A stretch of 64,000 nucleotides of DNA from Terriglobales bacterium (GCA_035278025.1 DATEJK010000117.1:11293-75292); one strand, 5' to 3'; counted from the stretch's first letter, positions 10,434 to 20,312 are shown. A program made the numbers and translations. Notes: generated by a model from the sequence alone, not told the origin.

Positions 10434-11183
10434 ATGGCCACATTGACTCCGACCTTAACGGTTAAGCAGCCCAAACGCCGTGGCGGCGGGACGGGGGACA
10501 TCCCCCACTACCCCGGCGGAGGCGGAGGTTCCGGCGGACGAGGCGACGATTCTCCCGACTACGGAGAGCGCCTGCGCCGGTGCCGCCTGGGACTGGCGGT
10601 GGGCATTGCGCCCATCGTGATGCTGTTCGTCGCCTTCAGCAGCGCCTATTTGGTGCGCCAGGGACTGGCTTCCTGGGACTTGCGGACCAACAGCTACATC
10701 AATGATTGGGCGCCGGTGCGCCTGCCCGTGCTGCTGCTGATGATCAACACCTGCTTTCTGCTGGTCAGCAGCGTGACCATGGAATTTGCCCGGCGGCAGG
10801 CCGCGCGCCTGGCGGCCCTTGCCCCCGTAACCGCCATTCCCGGCATCGCCGATGACGAACCCAGCGGCTTCCCCTGGCTCGGCCTGACCGTGGTCCTGGG
10901 ACTCGCTTTTCTGGCCGGCCAGGTGCTCGCCTGGCGGCAAATGGAGGCGTACGGCTTCTTCTTGTCCAGCAATCCCAGCAGTTCGTTCTTTTATCTGCTG
11001 ACCGGAATGCACGCCCTGCACCTGCTGGGCGGGGTCGTGGCGCTGCTCTATGCCTCGGTGACCTTCTGGATGAGGCGGCCGCCGGAATCGCGCCACATCG
11101 TGATAGACGTCACCGCCTGGTACTGGCATTTCATGGCTTTGCTGTGGCTGTACATATTCGCCCTGCTGGAAATTGCGCACTAG
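10434..11183 (+). CDS. Cytochrome c oxidase subunit III family protein (paralogue 1, Gly-rich N-terminal extension)
   Basis: 249 aa. C-terminal WYWHFMALLWLYIF motif typical of subunit III. N-terminal GGGTGDIPHYPGGGGGSGGRGDD extension. Confidence 0.85.
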   Translation: MATLTPTLTVKQPKRRGGGTGDIPHYPGGGGGSGGRGDDSPDYGERLRRCRLGLAVGIAPIVMLFVAFSSAYLVRQGLASWDLRTNSYINDWAPVRLPVLLLMINTCFLLVSSVTMEFARRQAARLAALAPVTAIPGIADDEPSGFPWLGLTVVLGLAFLAGQVLAWRQMEAYGFFLSSNPSSSFFYLLTGMHALHLLGGVVALLYASVTFWMRRPPESRHIVIDVTAWYWHFMALLWLYIFALLEIAH

Positions 11184-11201
11184 CTCGAGGAGGCTGGCAC
11201 A

Positions 11202-11960
11202 ATGGCCGATGTTGCGGTGCAACACAGCGTAACGGGAGCTTATGAGCCGTCGCTGTTCGGCACCTATTCCAAAAAGATCGGAATGTGGCTGTTCCTGCTT
11301 TCCGATTCCCTCACCTTCGGCGCGCTGCTGTTTGCCTATTCTTACGGCCGAATCTCCACCCCAAACTGGCCCACGCCGTTTGGCAAAGCCAGCATCGTGA
11401 ACGCCACCATCATGACCGTGTGCCTGCTCTCCAGCTCGCTCACCATGGTGCTGGGCGTGCTGGCCTCCAAGAAAGGCGACCACAAGGCGACGGTGAAGTG
11501 GCTGCTGGCCACCATGTTCTTCGGCGCGCTGTTCGTGGTGCTGCACGCCAAGGAATGGAGCGGGCTGATTCATGAAGGCCTGCGGCCGTTCAGCAATCCC
11601 TGGGCGAAGAACGTTCCCCAGTTCGGCGGCACCTTTTTTACCCTCACCGGAATGCACATGCTGCACGTGACTATCGGAGTGTGCTACCTGGGCGTGGTGG
11701 CGCTGCGCAAGAAGTGGATACCTATTCTGCTGGGCATCTGGCTGCTGGGATGGCTGCTGACGCCGGCCACCAACGTCTTCCACATCGGCATTCACGTCCT
11801 GCTGCTGGTGGCGGCGGTTTCCGCCCTCATTCTGGTTCTGAAACCCAAAGTTTACGACGCGCACGACGTAGAAATTGCCGGCCTGTACTGGCACTTCGTA
11901 GACCTGGTGTGGATGTTCATCTTCCCCCTGGTCTACCTGATGTCCACCAAGGTGGTGTAA
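11202..11960 (+). CDS. Cytochrome c oxidase subunit III family protein (paralogue 2)
   Basis: 252 aa with FFTLTGMHMLHV and LYWHFVDLVWMFIF motifs. Two III-like genes in a row recalls coxMNOP-type clusters. Confidence 0.85.
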   Translation: MADVAVQHSVTGAYEPSLFGTYSKKIGMWLFLLSDSLTFGALLFAYSYGRISTPNWPTPFGKASIVNATIMTVCLLSSSLTMVLGVLASKKGDHKATVKWLLATMFFGALFVVLHAKEWSGLIHEGLRPFSNPWAKNVPQFGGTFFTLTGMHMLHVTIGVCYLGVVALRKKWIPILLGIWLLGWLLTPATNVFHIGIHVLLLVAAVSALILVLKPKVYDAHDVEIAGLYWHFVDLVWMFIFPLVYLMSTKVV

Positions 11961-11990
11961 CGCACTCTGCTGAGCGGAGCCGAAACGACC

Positions 11991-12320
11991 ATGCATGATG
12001 TAGCCCTGAAACCGGGTGTTGCAGCAGTCCACGAGGAAAGCAGGACGCCCTACTACTTCGTGTGGGTGGCGCTGCTGATTCTCACCGCCATCGAGGTGGT
12101 GCTCACCTACAACCAGGTGTTCGCCCCGGTGCGCATGCTGGAAGTGCTCATGGGGTTGTCGGTGATAAAGTCGGCGATGATCATCTTCTACTTCATGCAC
12201 CTGAAGTTCGAAATCGCCCGCATGAAGTGGGTGCTGATGGTGGCCCTGGTGGTCTGCCTGACCCTGATGTTCGTGTTCTTTGCCGATGCCTTCCGCATTA
12301 TCAGCCTGGGTGTGAAATGA
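11991..12320 (+). CDS. Prokaryotic cytochrome c oxidase subunit IV family protein
   Basis: 109 aa, three TM helices. KSAMIIFYFMHLKFE resembles the bacterial CoxIV/CyoD-like family. Position directly after subunit III. Confidence 0.7.
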   Translation: MHDVALKPGVAAVHEESRTPYYFVWVALLILTAIEVVLTYNQVFAPVRMLEVLMGLSVIKSAMIIFYFMHLKFEIARMKWVLMVALVVCLTLMFVFFADAFRIISLGVK

Positions 12321-12330
12321 AGGACGTGCA

Positions 12331-12579
12331 ATGAAGCTGCGTGTGGCCATTCTCGGATTTGCTCTGGCGCTGTGGGCCGCACCCGCCTTCGGCCAGGGCT
12401 GTGCCATGTGCTACACCTCCGCCCTGGGCGCCACGCCCAAGAGCCAGAAGGCGCTCAGCAAAGGCGTAGCCGTGCTCCTGGTGCCTCCCGTAGGCATGAT
12501 GTCCATCCTGATCGGCGCCGGATTCGTGTACGCCCGCAAGCGCGATCAGCAGGTGGAAGAGAAAGAAACCCTGGTTTGA
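12331..12579 (+). CDS. Small exported protein with N-terminal CxxC (GCAMCY) and C-terminal TM anchor, last gene of the oxidase operon
   Basis: 82 aa. Signal peptide MKLRVAILGFALALWAAPAFG, then QGCAMCYTS. C-terminal helix VLLVPPVGMMSILIGAGFVY followed by a charged tail. Starts 10 nt after subunit IV. Confidence 0.5.
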   Translation: MKLRVAILGFALALWAAPAFGQGCAMCYTSALGATPKSQKALSKGVAVLLVPPVGMMSILIGAGFVYARKRDQQVEEKETLV

Positions 12580-12602
12580 ATCGGTATTGCAAAAAAACAG
12601 GT

Positions 12603-12648
12603 CCTTCGCCGGGCTTCCTCGTGCCTTGGTCGCGCCACTCAGGATGAC
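12603..12648. repeat. Copy of a GTCATCC(T/C)GAG-type intergenic repeat (reverse orientation)
   Basis: The reverse complement reads GTCATCCTGAGTGGCGCGACCAAGGCACGAGGAAGCCCGGCGAAGG. A second, related copy lies at 38821-38873. Confidence 0.45.
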
Positions 12649-12793
12649 AATCGCAACTCGTCGGAAGCGATTGAGCCTGCACCCTCCGGCAACTTATAAT
12701 AGAAAGATTCCGCAGTGCTCCTGAAGGCAGTAGTGGGGGAGGCCGCAGTGTCGGCCTGGGGGAGGGCTGTGGGGGACGAGTTCACTCCTGCCG

Positions 12794-15736
12794 ATGTCAA
12801 ACGACAGCATCATTGTTCGCGGAGCCCGGGTCCACAATCTCAAGAACATTGATTTTGAGATCCCGCACAACACGCTCACCGTAGTCACGGGCGTCTCCGG
12901 CTCGGGCAAGTCGTCGCTGGTGTTCGACACCATCTACGCCGAGGGCCAGCGCCGCTACGTGGAATCGCTCTCCGCCTACGCCCGGCAGTTTCTGGAGCGC
13001 ATCGAGAAGCCCGACGCCGACGTGATTGACGGCATCGCTCCGGCGGTTGCCATCCGGCAGAAGAACACCACCCGCAACCCGCGCTCCACCGTGGCCACCG
13101 CGACTGAAATTTACGACTACCTGCGCCTGCTCTTCGCCCGCGTGGGGCGCACCTGGTGCCTGCAGTGCGGGGCGGAAGTGAAGAAAGACACGGTGGACGA
13201 GGTGGCCGATTCCATTCTCGCCCTGGGCGAAGGCACCCGGCTCAACGTCCTGTTCCCGCTGCAGGCGGGGCAGGCGCCCGCCACCTCGCCCGAGAAAAAG
13301 CGGCGAACAAAAAAGATCGCTGCCGGCGGCCCGACGGCTGTCGCGCGAGCGTCCCGTCCGCGTACCGACAGCATCGCCACCGACCTGATGAAGCAGCGCC
13401 TGTTCGAACTGCGCAAGCGCGGCTTCAACCGCCTGTTTCAAAACGGTCAGCTGTTCGAATTCTCCACTCCCGAATCACTGCTGGACCTTGATTTCTCCCA
13501 GCCCGTCTTCATGCTGGTGGACCGCATTGCCCTGGATTCAGATTCCCGCGCCCGCGTGGTGGACGCGGTCGAAACCGGCTATCGCGAAGCCGGCGAAGTG
13601 ATTTTCCAGACCGCCCCACGCGATCCCGGATCGGCACAAACCCTGCGTTTCGCCCAGCGCTTCGAGTGCAAGCGCTGCAACCTGCGCCTGGAAGAGCCCG
13701 AGCCGCGTCTGTTCTCGTTCAACAATCCTTATGGCGCCTGCCCGCGCTGCCAGGGTTTCGGCAACACCATCGATTTCGATCTTGACCTGGTTATTCCCGA
13801 TAAGACCCGCACCATCGCCGAAGGCCCGGTCGAGCCCTGGACCAAGCCCAAATACCGTCCGCTGCAGGCTGAGCTCAAGCGCTTTGCCAAGCAGCGCGGC
13901 ATTGCCATGGACGTGCCCTGGGCGGAACTCGATCCTGAAGAGCAGCAGGTGATCATTGATGGCGAGGGCCGCTACATGGGCATTCGCGGCTTCTTCGCCC
14001 ACCTGGAGCGCAAGAAATACAAGCTGCACGTGCGCGTCTTCCTCAGCCGTTACCGCGGCTATTCGCAATGCGCCAACTGCGGCGGCGCGCGCCTGCGTCC
14101 GGAAGCACGGCAAGTAAAGATCGCGGGCAAGGATATTTGCGAAGTCTGCGCGCTCACCGTGGAGCAGGCGCGGAGATTCTTTGACGGGCTCAAGCTGACC
14201 AGGCAGGAAGCCGCCATCGCCGACAAGCTGCTGCAGGAGATCCGCGAGCGCCTGACTTTCCTCAACGATGTTGGCCTCGAATACCTCACCCTGGACCGCC
14301 TGGCGGCCACGCTCTCCGGCGGCGAAGCCCAGCGCATTCAACTGGCCACCTCCCTGGGATCGCGCCTGGTGGGCACGCTTTACGTGCTGGACGAGCCCTC
14401 CATCGGGCTGCACAGCCGCGATACCAACCGCCTCATCCATATTTTGCACGGTCTGCGCGACCTGGGAAATACCATTCTGGTAGTGGAACACGACCCCGAG
14501 ATCATGCTGGCTTCCGACCGCATTCTCGACCTCGGCCCGGGCGCCGGTGAAAATGGCGGCAAAGTCATCGCCGCCGGCACCTACGAGCAGATCAGGCGCA
14601 CGCCCACTTCCCTCACCGGTCGCTATCTGGCGCAGGAGTTGCGCATCCAGCCGCCCAACCAGCGCCGCCAGCCGGGCACGCACAAGCTGCGCATCATTGG
14701 CGCCCGCGCCCACAATCTGAAGGCGATTGACGTCACCATTCCGCTGGGCATGATTGTGGCCATCACCGGGGTCTCCGGCTCGGGCAAGTCCACGCTGGTG
14801 CACGACGTGCTTTACCAGTCACTGGCGGCGGCCAAACGGCAGACCAACGGCGGCGGACCGGCGCCGGGCGCGCTGGAGCGTCTGGATGGCGCCGAGTGGC
14901 TTGACGAAGTGGTGCTGGTGGACCAGTCGCCCATCGGACGCACCCCGCGTTCCAACCCGGTCACCTACATCAAGGCCTTTGACGCCATCCGCGAGCTGTT
15001 CGCTTCCCTGCCGGAGGCGCACAAACGCGGCTTCAGCGCCGGGCATTTTTCCTTCAACATTCCCGGCGGCCGCTGCGAAACTTGCCAGGGTGACGGCACG
15101 GTTACGGTAGAAATGCAGTTTCTGGCCGACGTGGAGCTGATCTGTGAGGAGTGCAAGGGCACGCGCTACAAGCCGCAGGTGCTGGAGGTGCGCTATCGGG
15201 GCAGGAACATCCACGAGGTGCTGAACCTCACCGTGAAGGAGGCGCTGCAGTTCTTCTCCGCGGTGCCGAAAATCACCGAAAAGCTGCGCGTCCTGGAGGA
15301 AGTAGGGCTTGGCTACCTGCGCCTGGGCCAGTCCGCGACCACGCTTTCCGGCGGCGAAGCTCAGCGCATGAAACTGGCCGCGCACCTGCAGCCGCGCAGC
15401 AGCTTGCGCACCCCGCAAGAAGGAAAGCGGCGCCACCGGACGCTTTACATATTTGACGAGCCCACCACCGGGCTGCATTTCGACGATGTCAGCAAGCTGC
15501 TGGCCGCCTTCCGCCGTCTGATCGAAGCCGGCGGCTCGGTGCTGGTGATCGAGCACAATCTGGATGTAATCAAGACCGCCGACTGGATCATTGACCTTGG
15601 CCCCGAAGGCGGCGAACGCGGCGGCTACGTGGTGGATGCCGGCCCGCCGGAGAGCATCAGTAGGAATGCAAAGTCATATACCGGCAAATTCCTCGCCCAC
15701 GTCCTGAACGGTAACGGCGCGCGCCCGCAAAGTTAG
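12794..15736 (+). CDS. uvrA: Excinuclease ABC subunit A
   Basis: 980 aa. Two Walker A boxes ([20 protein letters not shown]), two signature motifs (LSGGEAQR twice) and zinc-finger Cys pairs (CKRCN..CPRCQG; [14 protein letters not shown]). Confidence 0.97.
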   Translation: MSNDSIIVRGARVHNLKNIDFEIPHNTLTVVTGVSGSGKSSLVFDTIYAEGQRRYVESLSAYARQFLERIEKPDADVIDGIAPAVAIRQKNTTRNPRSTVATATEIYDYLRLLFARVGRTWCLQCGAEVKKDTVDEVADSILALGEGTRLNVLFPLQAGQAPATSPEKKRRTKKIAAGGPTAVARASRPRTDSIATDLMKQRLFELRKRGFNRLFQNGQLFEFSTPESLLDLDFSQPVFMLVDRIALDSDSRARVVDAVETGYREAGEVIFQTAPRDPGSAQTLRFAQRFECKRCNLRLEEPEPRLFSFNNPYGACPRCQGFGNTIDFDLDLVIPDKTRTIAEGPVEPWTKPKYRPLQAELKRFAKQRGIAMDVPWAELDPEEQQVIIDGEGRYMGIRGFFAHLERKKYKLHVRVFLSRYRGYSQCANCGGARLRPEARQVKIAGKDICEVCALTVEQARRFFDGLKLTRQEAAIADKLLQEIRERLTFLNDVGLEYLTLDRLAATLSGGEAQRIQLATSLGSRLVGTLYVLDEPSIGLHSRDTNRLIHILHGLRDLGNTILVVEHDPEIMLASDRILDLGPGAGENGGKVIAAGTYEQIRRTPTSLTGRYLAQELRIQPPNQRRQPGTHKLRIIGARAHNLKAIDVTIPLGMIVAITGVSGSGKSTLVHDVLYQSLAAAKRQTNGGGPAPGALERLDGAEWLDEVVLVDQSPIGRTPRSNPVTYIKAFDAIRELFASLPEAHKRGFSAGHFSFNIPGGRCETCQGDGTVTVEMQFLADVELICEECKGTRYKPQVLEVRYRGRNIHEVLNLTVKEALQFFSAVPKITEKLRVLEEVGLGYLRLGQSATTLSGGEAQRMKLAAHLQPRSSLRTPQEGKRRHRTLYIFDEPTTGLHFDDVSKLLAAFRRLIEAGGSVLVIEHNLDVIKTADWIIDLGPEGGERGGYVVDAGPPESISRNAKSYTGKFLAHVLNGNGARPQS

Positions 15737-15822
15737 CCTGCCCAATTGGGCTGGCGCCGCCTTTCGCGGTAAGCTACTGGATGCCGCCAGGCGCATCTTA
15801 GAGGGTAGCGGATTTTCCCGAA

Positions 15823-17145
15823 ATGATTGGTAAACCAAAGCTGGTTGGGTGGGCTGCCGCCGCGCTGGTAATGGTGTCCCCCGCCGGCCTGTGGGCGCAA
15901 CAAACGCACAAAAGCGTTCACCACGTTCGCGTGGAAGAATCCGACCCCCTGTTCCCTCCCGAACTGCGCCAGGCCGAGGCGGCTCTCGACAAGAGCAACT
16001 ATTCCGCCGCTGAACCTTTGCTGCAGCACATTACCACCGGCAATCCCGGCAACTATCGCGCCTGGTTTGACCTGGGCTACCTTTACACCGCCACCGGCCG
16101 CAAACCGGAGGCCATAGAAGCCTACCGCAAAGCGGTGGCCGCCAAGCCGGACGTGTTCGAATCCAACCTCAATCTTGGATTGCTGCTGGCGCAAAACGGC
16201 AGCCCCGACGCTGAGCAGTTCCTTCGCGCCGCCACTCAACTGAAGCCTACGGCACATCCCCAGGAAGGTGTGGCCCGCGCCTGGCTCTCCCTGGGGCACG
16301 TGCTGGAGGGGAGCAAGCCGGCGGAAGCGCTGCAGGCCTTCGCTGAGGCCGCCAGGCTTCAGCCCAGGGATCCGGAGCCGCATCTTTCCTCTGGCGCCAT
16401 CCTGGAGAAGCAGAACGACCTCTCCGGCGCCGAGCGGGAATACAAAGCTGCCGTGGCCCTGGCCCCCGGCTCCGCCGACGCGCTGGTTGGCTTGGCCAAC
16501 ATTTACATGGAGAGCAAGCGCCTGCCCCAGGCGGAGGCTGCCCTGCGCCAGTATCTGGCGGTGGCCCCGAAAAACGGCGCGGCACACCTGCAGCTGGGGC
16601 GGGTGCTGGAAGCGGAGGGCAAGCACGCCGAAGCCGCCGCCGAACTGCAACAGGGCCTGCAGCTTGCGCCCGATGATCTGACTGCCCAGCGCGACCTGGC
16701 ATTTTCCTACGCCCGTGCCGGGAAGTACGACAAAGCGGAAACCATCTACCGCGGCCTGCTTGTCAAAATGCCCAATGACGCCGAACTACACTACGGGCTG
16801 GGCGCATCTCTGATGGCTGAGCACAAGTATCCCGAAGCGCAAAATGAGTTCCTTAACGCCATTAAGCTGAAGCCCGATGCCGGCGTAATTTATGGCGACC
16901 TGGCGGTGGCGGCCGCCGAAAACAAGAATTATCCGCTCGCTCTGAAAGCTCTGGACGTGCGCGCCAAGTTTTTTCCCGAAAACCCGGGAACGTACTTTTT
17001 GCGGGCCACCGCTCTGGACCACCTCAAGCAGTTCAAGCTGGCGGCCGCGAGTTACCGGCAGTTCCTGGCGGTTTCCGCCGGCAAAAACCCGGAGCAGGAG
17101 TGGCAGGCGAAACACCGCCTGCTGGCCATTGACCCCAAGAAATGA
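15823..17145 (+). CDS. Exported tetratricopeptide (TPR) repeat protein
   Basis: 440 aa. N-terminal signal, then many 34-residue A/Y/L-patterned repeats (e.g. YRAWFDLGYLYTATGRKPEAIEAYRKAVAAKPD). Confidence 0.85.
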   Translation: MIGKPKLVGWAAAALVMVSPAGLWAQQTHKSVHHVRVEESDPLFPPELRQAEAALDKSNYSAAEPLLQHITTGNPGNYRAWFDLGYLYTATGRKPEAIEAYRKAVAAKPDVFESNLNLGLLLAQNGSPDAEQFLRAATQLKPTAHPQEGVARAWLSLGHVLEGSKPAEALQAFAEAARLQPRDPEPHLSSGAILEKQNDLSGAEREYKAAVALAPGSADALVGLANIYMESKRLPQAEAALRQYLAVAPKNGAAHLQLGRVLEAEGKHAEAAAELQQGLQLAPDDLTAQRDLAFSYARAGKYDKAETIYRGLLVKMPNDAELHYGLGASLMAEHKYPEAQNEFLNAIKLKPDAGVIYGDLAVAAAENKNYPLALKALDVRAKFFPENPGTYFLRATALDHLKQFKLAAASYRQFLAVSAGKNPEQEWQAKHRLLAIDPKK

Positions 17146-17591
17146 ACCGCAGAAGCCATTTCGCAACGCACGTCCTGCTGCTGATGATGGTGGTGGCCTG
17201 GTCGCTGCCTGGATTCGCCCGCCGCCAGACGGTGGAGGAGCTGAAAGCGAAGTTGAGCGCCGCCACCCCATCCGACAAGCCCAAGATTTGCCTGGAAATT
17301 GCCCACCGGCAGTTGGACGCCATGCAAAAAGCTTATAGTGCCGGTGAACTTCCGCAGGGGCAAAAGCTGCTGCAGGAAGTAGTGGATTACTCGCAGCAGG
17401 CCGGCGATGCCGCCCGCAAGTCGCGGAAGCACATCAAGAAGACCGAAATCGAGATGCGCAAGTTGTCGCGGCGGCTCCAGGACCTGAAGCCTACCCTGGA
17501 TGTGGATAGCCGCCCGCCGGTGCAAGATGCCATCAACCACCTGGAACACATTCGTACCCAGTTGCTCATGCAGATGTTTTCGGAACACTGA
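17142..17591 (+). CDS. Hypothetical exported alpha-helical protein
   Basis: 149 aa. Start overlaps the TPR stop (ATGA). Signal-like segment THVLLLMMVVAWSLPGFA. Charged, helical composition. No family recognised. Confidence 0.6.
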   Translation: MNRRSHFATHVLLLMMVVAWSLPGFARRQTVEELKAKLSAATPSDKPKICLEIAHRQLDAMQKAYSAGELPQGQKLLQEVVDYSQQAGDAARKSRKHIKKTEIEMRKLSRRLQDLKPTLDVDSRPPVQDAINHLEHIRTQLLMQMFSEH

Positions 17592-17592
17592 T

Positions 17593-18132
17593 ATGAAGAT
17601 GAACCGTACCCCTCTGTTGGCGTTGCTTCTGATTCTGGCCGCGTTGCCGGCACCGGCGCAAAGCGGCCAGCGCGACCCCCTCAACCAGAAAGAAGTGGAT
17701 GAGCTGCGCGACACCAATCAGGAACCGGAAAAGCGGCTGCCGCTCATCGTGAAGTTCGCGCGCCAACGCCTGGATGCAGCCCTGGCCGCGCGCAACAATC
17801 CCAAGTTATCGGCGGCCGATCGCACTGCCACTATCCACAGTTCGCTGCAGGATTTTCTTTCTATTTATGACGAACTGGGCGACAACATTGATATGTATAC
17901 CGACCAGAAGGAAGACTTGCGCAAGCCCTTGAAAATGGTGACCTCCGGCGACGGGGAATTCAAGGTAAAGCTGGACCAGTTACGCCATGCCTCCACGCCG
18001 GATGAGATGAACGACTATGGTTTCGTCCTGACCAGCGCCATGGAGGCGGTCAGCGCCGGCACCCCTGAGCATCGCCAGCTGCAGCAGGAACAGGAGGCGG
18101 CCGCCAAAGGAAAAAAGAGAGCTCACCGCTAA
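17593..18132 (+). CDS. Hypothetical exported protein
   Basis: Start moved to ATG 17593, 1 nt after the preceding stop, which gives signal peptide MKMNRTPLLALLLILAALPAPAQS. No family recognised. Confidence 0.6.
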   Translation: MKMNRTPLLALLLILAALPAPAQSGQRDPLNQKEVDELRDTNQEPEKRLPLIVKFARQRLDAALAARNNPKLSAADRTATIHSSLQDFLSIYDELGDNIDMYTDQKEDLRKPLKMVTSGDGEFKVKLDQLRHASTPDEMNDYGFVLTSAMEAVSAGTPEHRQLQQEQEAAAKGKKRAHR

Positions 18133-18163
18133 GGGCCCGGCTGCGCTGCGCCTTGTGCGCCCG

Positions 18164-18193
18164 CCAGCCACCAACTACTAACTACCAGCTGAC
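18164..18193. repeat. Single arm of the CCAACTAC/CTACCAGCT word repeat
   Basis: CCAGCCACCAACTACTAACTACCAGCTGACC uses the same words as 7692-7710 and 53905-53920. Confidence 0.45.
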
Positions 18194-18220
18194 CTCTTTT
18201 TCCGTGCTAACCTAAGGCCA

Positions 18221-18907
18221 GTGCGGGAAAAACTCCTGGCCATTTTTGAGGAAAGCTATCGCGAGCTGCGCCCGCGCGCGCCCATGCCCCAGCTGCGGGT
18301 GGAATTCTTCGCCTTCGCCAACGTCAACAACACCATCCGGCTGCGCGAGGGACGTCTGCTGGTACGGCTTTCCGACCTGCTGGAGGGCGCGCCGGAGGCG
18401 GTGTTGCGCGCCATCGCCCACATTCTCCTGGCCAAGATGTACCGCAAGACCATTGCGGCGGCGCACGCCACCCGCTATCGCCGCTACATATCCAGCCACG
18501 AAATCGCCAACAAGGCCAACCAGGTGCGGCAACTGCGGGGCTGGAAGAAACTGCAGACGCCGCGCGGGTGCGTCTATCATCTGGAGGAAATTTTTGAAGA
18601 CTTGAACCGGCGCTTTTTCTACGGTCTGATGGCGCGCCCGCTGCTCAGCTGGAGCCAGCAGCGCGCCCGCAACAGCCTGGGGCACTACGACCCGGCGCAC
18701 AATACCATCGTGGTCAGCCGCATCTTCGACCATCCCCTGGTTCCCCGCTACGCGGTCGAATACCTCCTCTACCACGAGATGCTGCACCTGAAGCATCCGG
18801 TGAAGCTGCGCGGCAGCCGGCGCTGCGTGCACTCCCCCGAATTCCAGGCGGAAGAACGCCTCTTTCCGGAACTGGAGCAGGCCAAGGCGTTTTTGAGAAG
18901 GCTTTAG
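18221..18907 (+). CDS. SprT-like/DUF45-like zinc metalloprotease-fold protein
   Basis: 228 aa, GTG start. HExxH motif in LLYHEMLHLKHPV. Assigned on the motif and overall size only. Confidence 0.65.
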   Translation: MREKLLAIFEESYRELRPRAPMPQLRVEFFAFANVNNTIRLREGRLLVRLSDLLEGAPEAVLRAIAHILLAKMYRKTIAAAHATRYRRYISSHEIANKANQVRQLRGWKKLQTPRGCVYHLEEIFEDLNRRFFYGLMARPLLSWSQQRARNSLGHYDPAHNTIVVSRIFDHPLVPRYAVEYLLYHEMLHLKHPVKLRGSRRCVHSPEFQAEERLFPELEQAKAFLRRL

Positions 18908-18912
18908 GGGAA

Positions 18913-19158
18913 GGTTTCAAGGTTTCGCAGGTTTCAAAGTCAAAAGCATTCACCGCCGAGACGCCGAGCCCGCCGAGTTTTTCAAGGTTATTCTTTTTCC
19001 AGGTCTGGCCTTCCTTGAAAGCTGTGAAGCCTTGGAATTTTGAAACCCGTCAGTTGTTCATCAATGAAACCTGATTTAAATTTCTCCGCTGCCTTTGCGT
19101 CTCGGCGGTGGAAGGGTGTGATTTTTTCTTGAAACTTGCGAAACTGGAAATTTGAAAC
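18913..19158. repeat. About 245-bp nested inverted-repeat element filling the spacer between two convergent genes
   Basis: Inner arms CACCGCCGAGACGC (18951-18964) and GCGTCTCGGCGGTG (19097-19110) are perfect complements, 14 of 14. Outer arms GGTTTCAAGGTTTCGCAGGTTTCAAAG (18913-18939) face CTTGAAACTTGCGAAACTGGAAATTTGAAAC (19128-19158) and use GTTTCAA/TTGAAAC words. Confidence 0.75.
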
Positions 19159-19165
19159 TAGCTTC

Positions 19166-20155
19166 TTATGCCGTCAACTCCGTCGCTTCCTGCTCCGTGT
19201 ATGCGCAGACTCGCGCCCACACCTCCCGCGGGCATTCCACCCGGAACAGCGGCACCTGGGCCGTGGCCAAGCGGGTTTTGTGCGGCTGCTCCCCGGTCAT
19301 GTAGTCGCAGCTCAGCCCTTCCTCCAGGCTCTGGCGTGTTGCCTCGAACAGCAGCACCATTCCCGGCGAATAGTGGGACCAGGAGTGGTCGTAATACGTG
19401 GTATAGAAGCGGCACGTTTCCCCATCACGAAACGTGACCAGAGCGGCCACCAGGGTTGCGCCCTGGGTGAGCGTGTACACATCGCAGGGCGCGGGACCGC
19501 TTTGCGCCGCCGCCACCAGAAAATTGATGCGCGCCGCGTCCCGAAACAGGTTGGCGGGAACCTGAGCCGCCTTGAGCTGGTAAATCCGCCGCAGCAGGTC
19601 CGGCGCCGGCGGCTCGCGGCGGAATTCCACCCCCTGGCGAAGGAGTTTGCGCCAGCGGCTGCCGATGCGCGCATGCGCTGCCGCTAATTGCTCCGCGGAA
19701 GTGTGGCTGGAGAGCACGCAGGGAGCGCTGACAAAGGGCTGCGGCGAAAAATCCTCCCAGGCGCGGCGGCGCTCCTGGCCGCGCAGGGCGGCAAAGAAAA
19801 GCGGCAGTTTGAGCGCCGCCACTTCCTCCCAGGCCTGGCGCAACACGGCCGGATCGCCTTCGAAGAGCACATCGCGATAATCGAACAGCGCTTCGCCCAG
19901 CAGAGTGAAACCGTGGTCGGCAATGGCGCCGGGAATCAGCGCCGCGCCCGCGTCGCTTTCCACCAGAACCACGTAAGGCTCTTCGCGGGCGGCAAACAGC
20001 CGTGCCGCCAGCCGGTTCCAGAAAAAGCTTTGAAATAGGGTTGGGACCGGGTGAGCGCCGTAAAGGTGATCCCAGACCGGGCGCAAGCGGTCTATTTCGG
20101 CGGGCGAGCGCGCGACAACGCTGCGAAGCAAACGCTGGCCTCCTCGGGCGTGCAA
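19166..20155 (-). CDS. GNAT-superfamily acetyltransferase of the CelD/BioF2-like type
   Basis: 329 aa. The C-terminal segment SHYSPGMVLLFEATRQSLEEGLSCDYMTGEQPHKTRLAT resembles CelD-like GNAT proteins. Recognised by eye only. Confidence 0.6.
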   Translation of the reverse strand: MHARGGQRLLRSVVARSPAEIDRLRPVWDHLYGAHPVPTLFQSFFWNRLAARLFAAREEPYVVLVESDAGAALIPGAIADHGFTLLGEALFDYRDVLFEGDPAVLRQAWEEVAALKLPLFFAALRGQERRRAWEDFSPQPFVSAPCVLSSHTSAEQLAAAHARIGSRWRKLLRQGVEFRREPPAPDLLRRIYQLKAAQVPANLFRDAARINFLVAAAQSGPAPCDVYTLTQGATLVAALVTFRDGETCRFYTTYYDHSWSHYSPGMVLLFEATRQSLEEGLSCDYMTGEQPHKTRLATAQVPLFRVECPREVWARVCAYTEQEATELTA

Positions 20156-20312
20156 TGGTTAGACGCAGGCTACATGCGGCTGGATGTTTTGCCCGGCCGG
20201 AATTTCCCTGTCCCAGGGCCGAAGGGCCGGCCTGGCGGGCGGCCAGGTGCGACCATTCGCCGGAGCGGGGATACCGTGGAATGCATATCACGACCGTCGG
20301 TGACAACACGCG

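Noticed and set aside
10455-12407. 650-aa minus-strand ORF antisense to the oxidase subunit III/III/IV genes
   Set aside because: Same reasoning. The sense strand encodes clear heme-copper oxidase subunits. The antisense product is His/Gln/Gly/Arg-rich with no domain signature.
13538-14803. 421-aa minus-strand ORF inside uvrA
   Set aside because: It is antisense to uvrA, whose Walker, signature and zinc-finger motifs are all intact.
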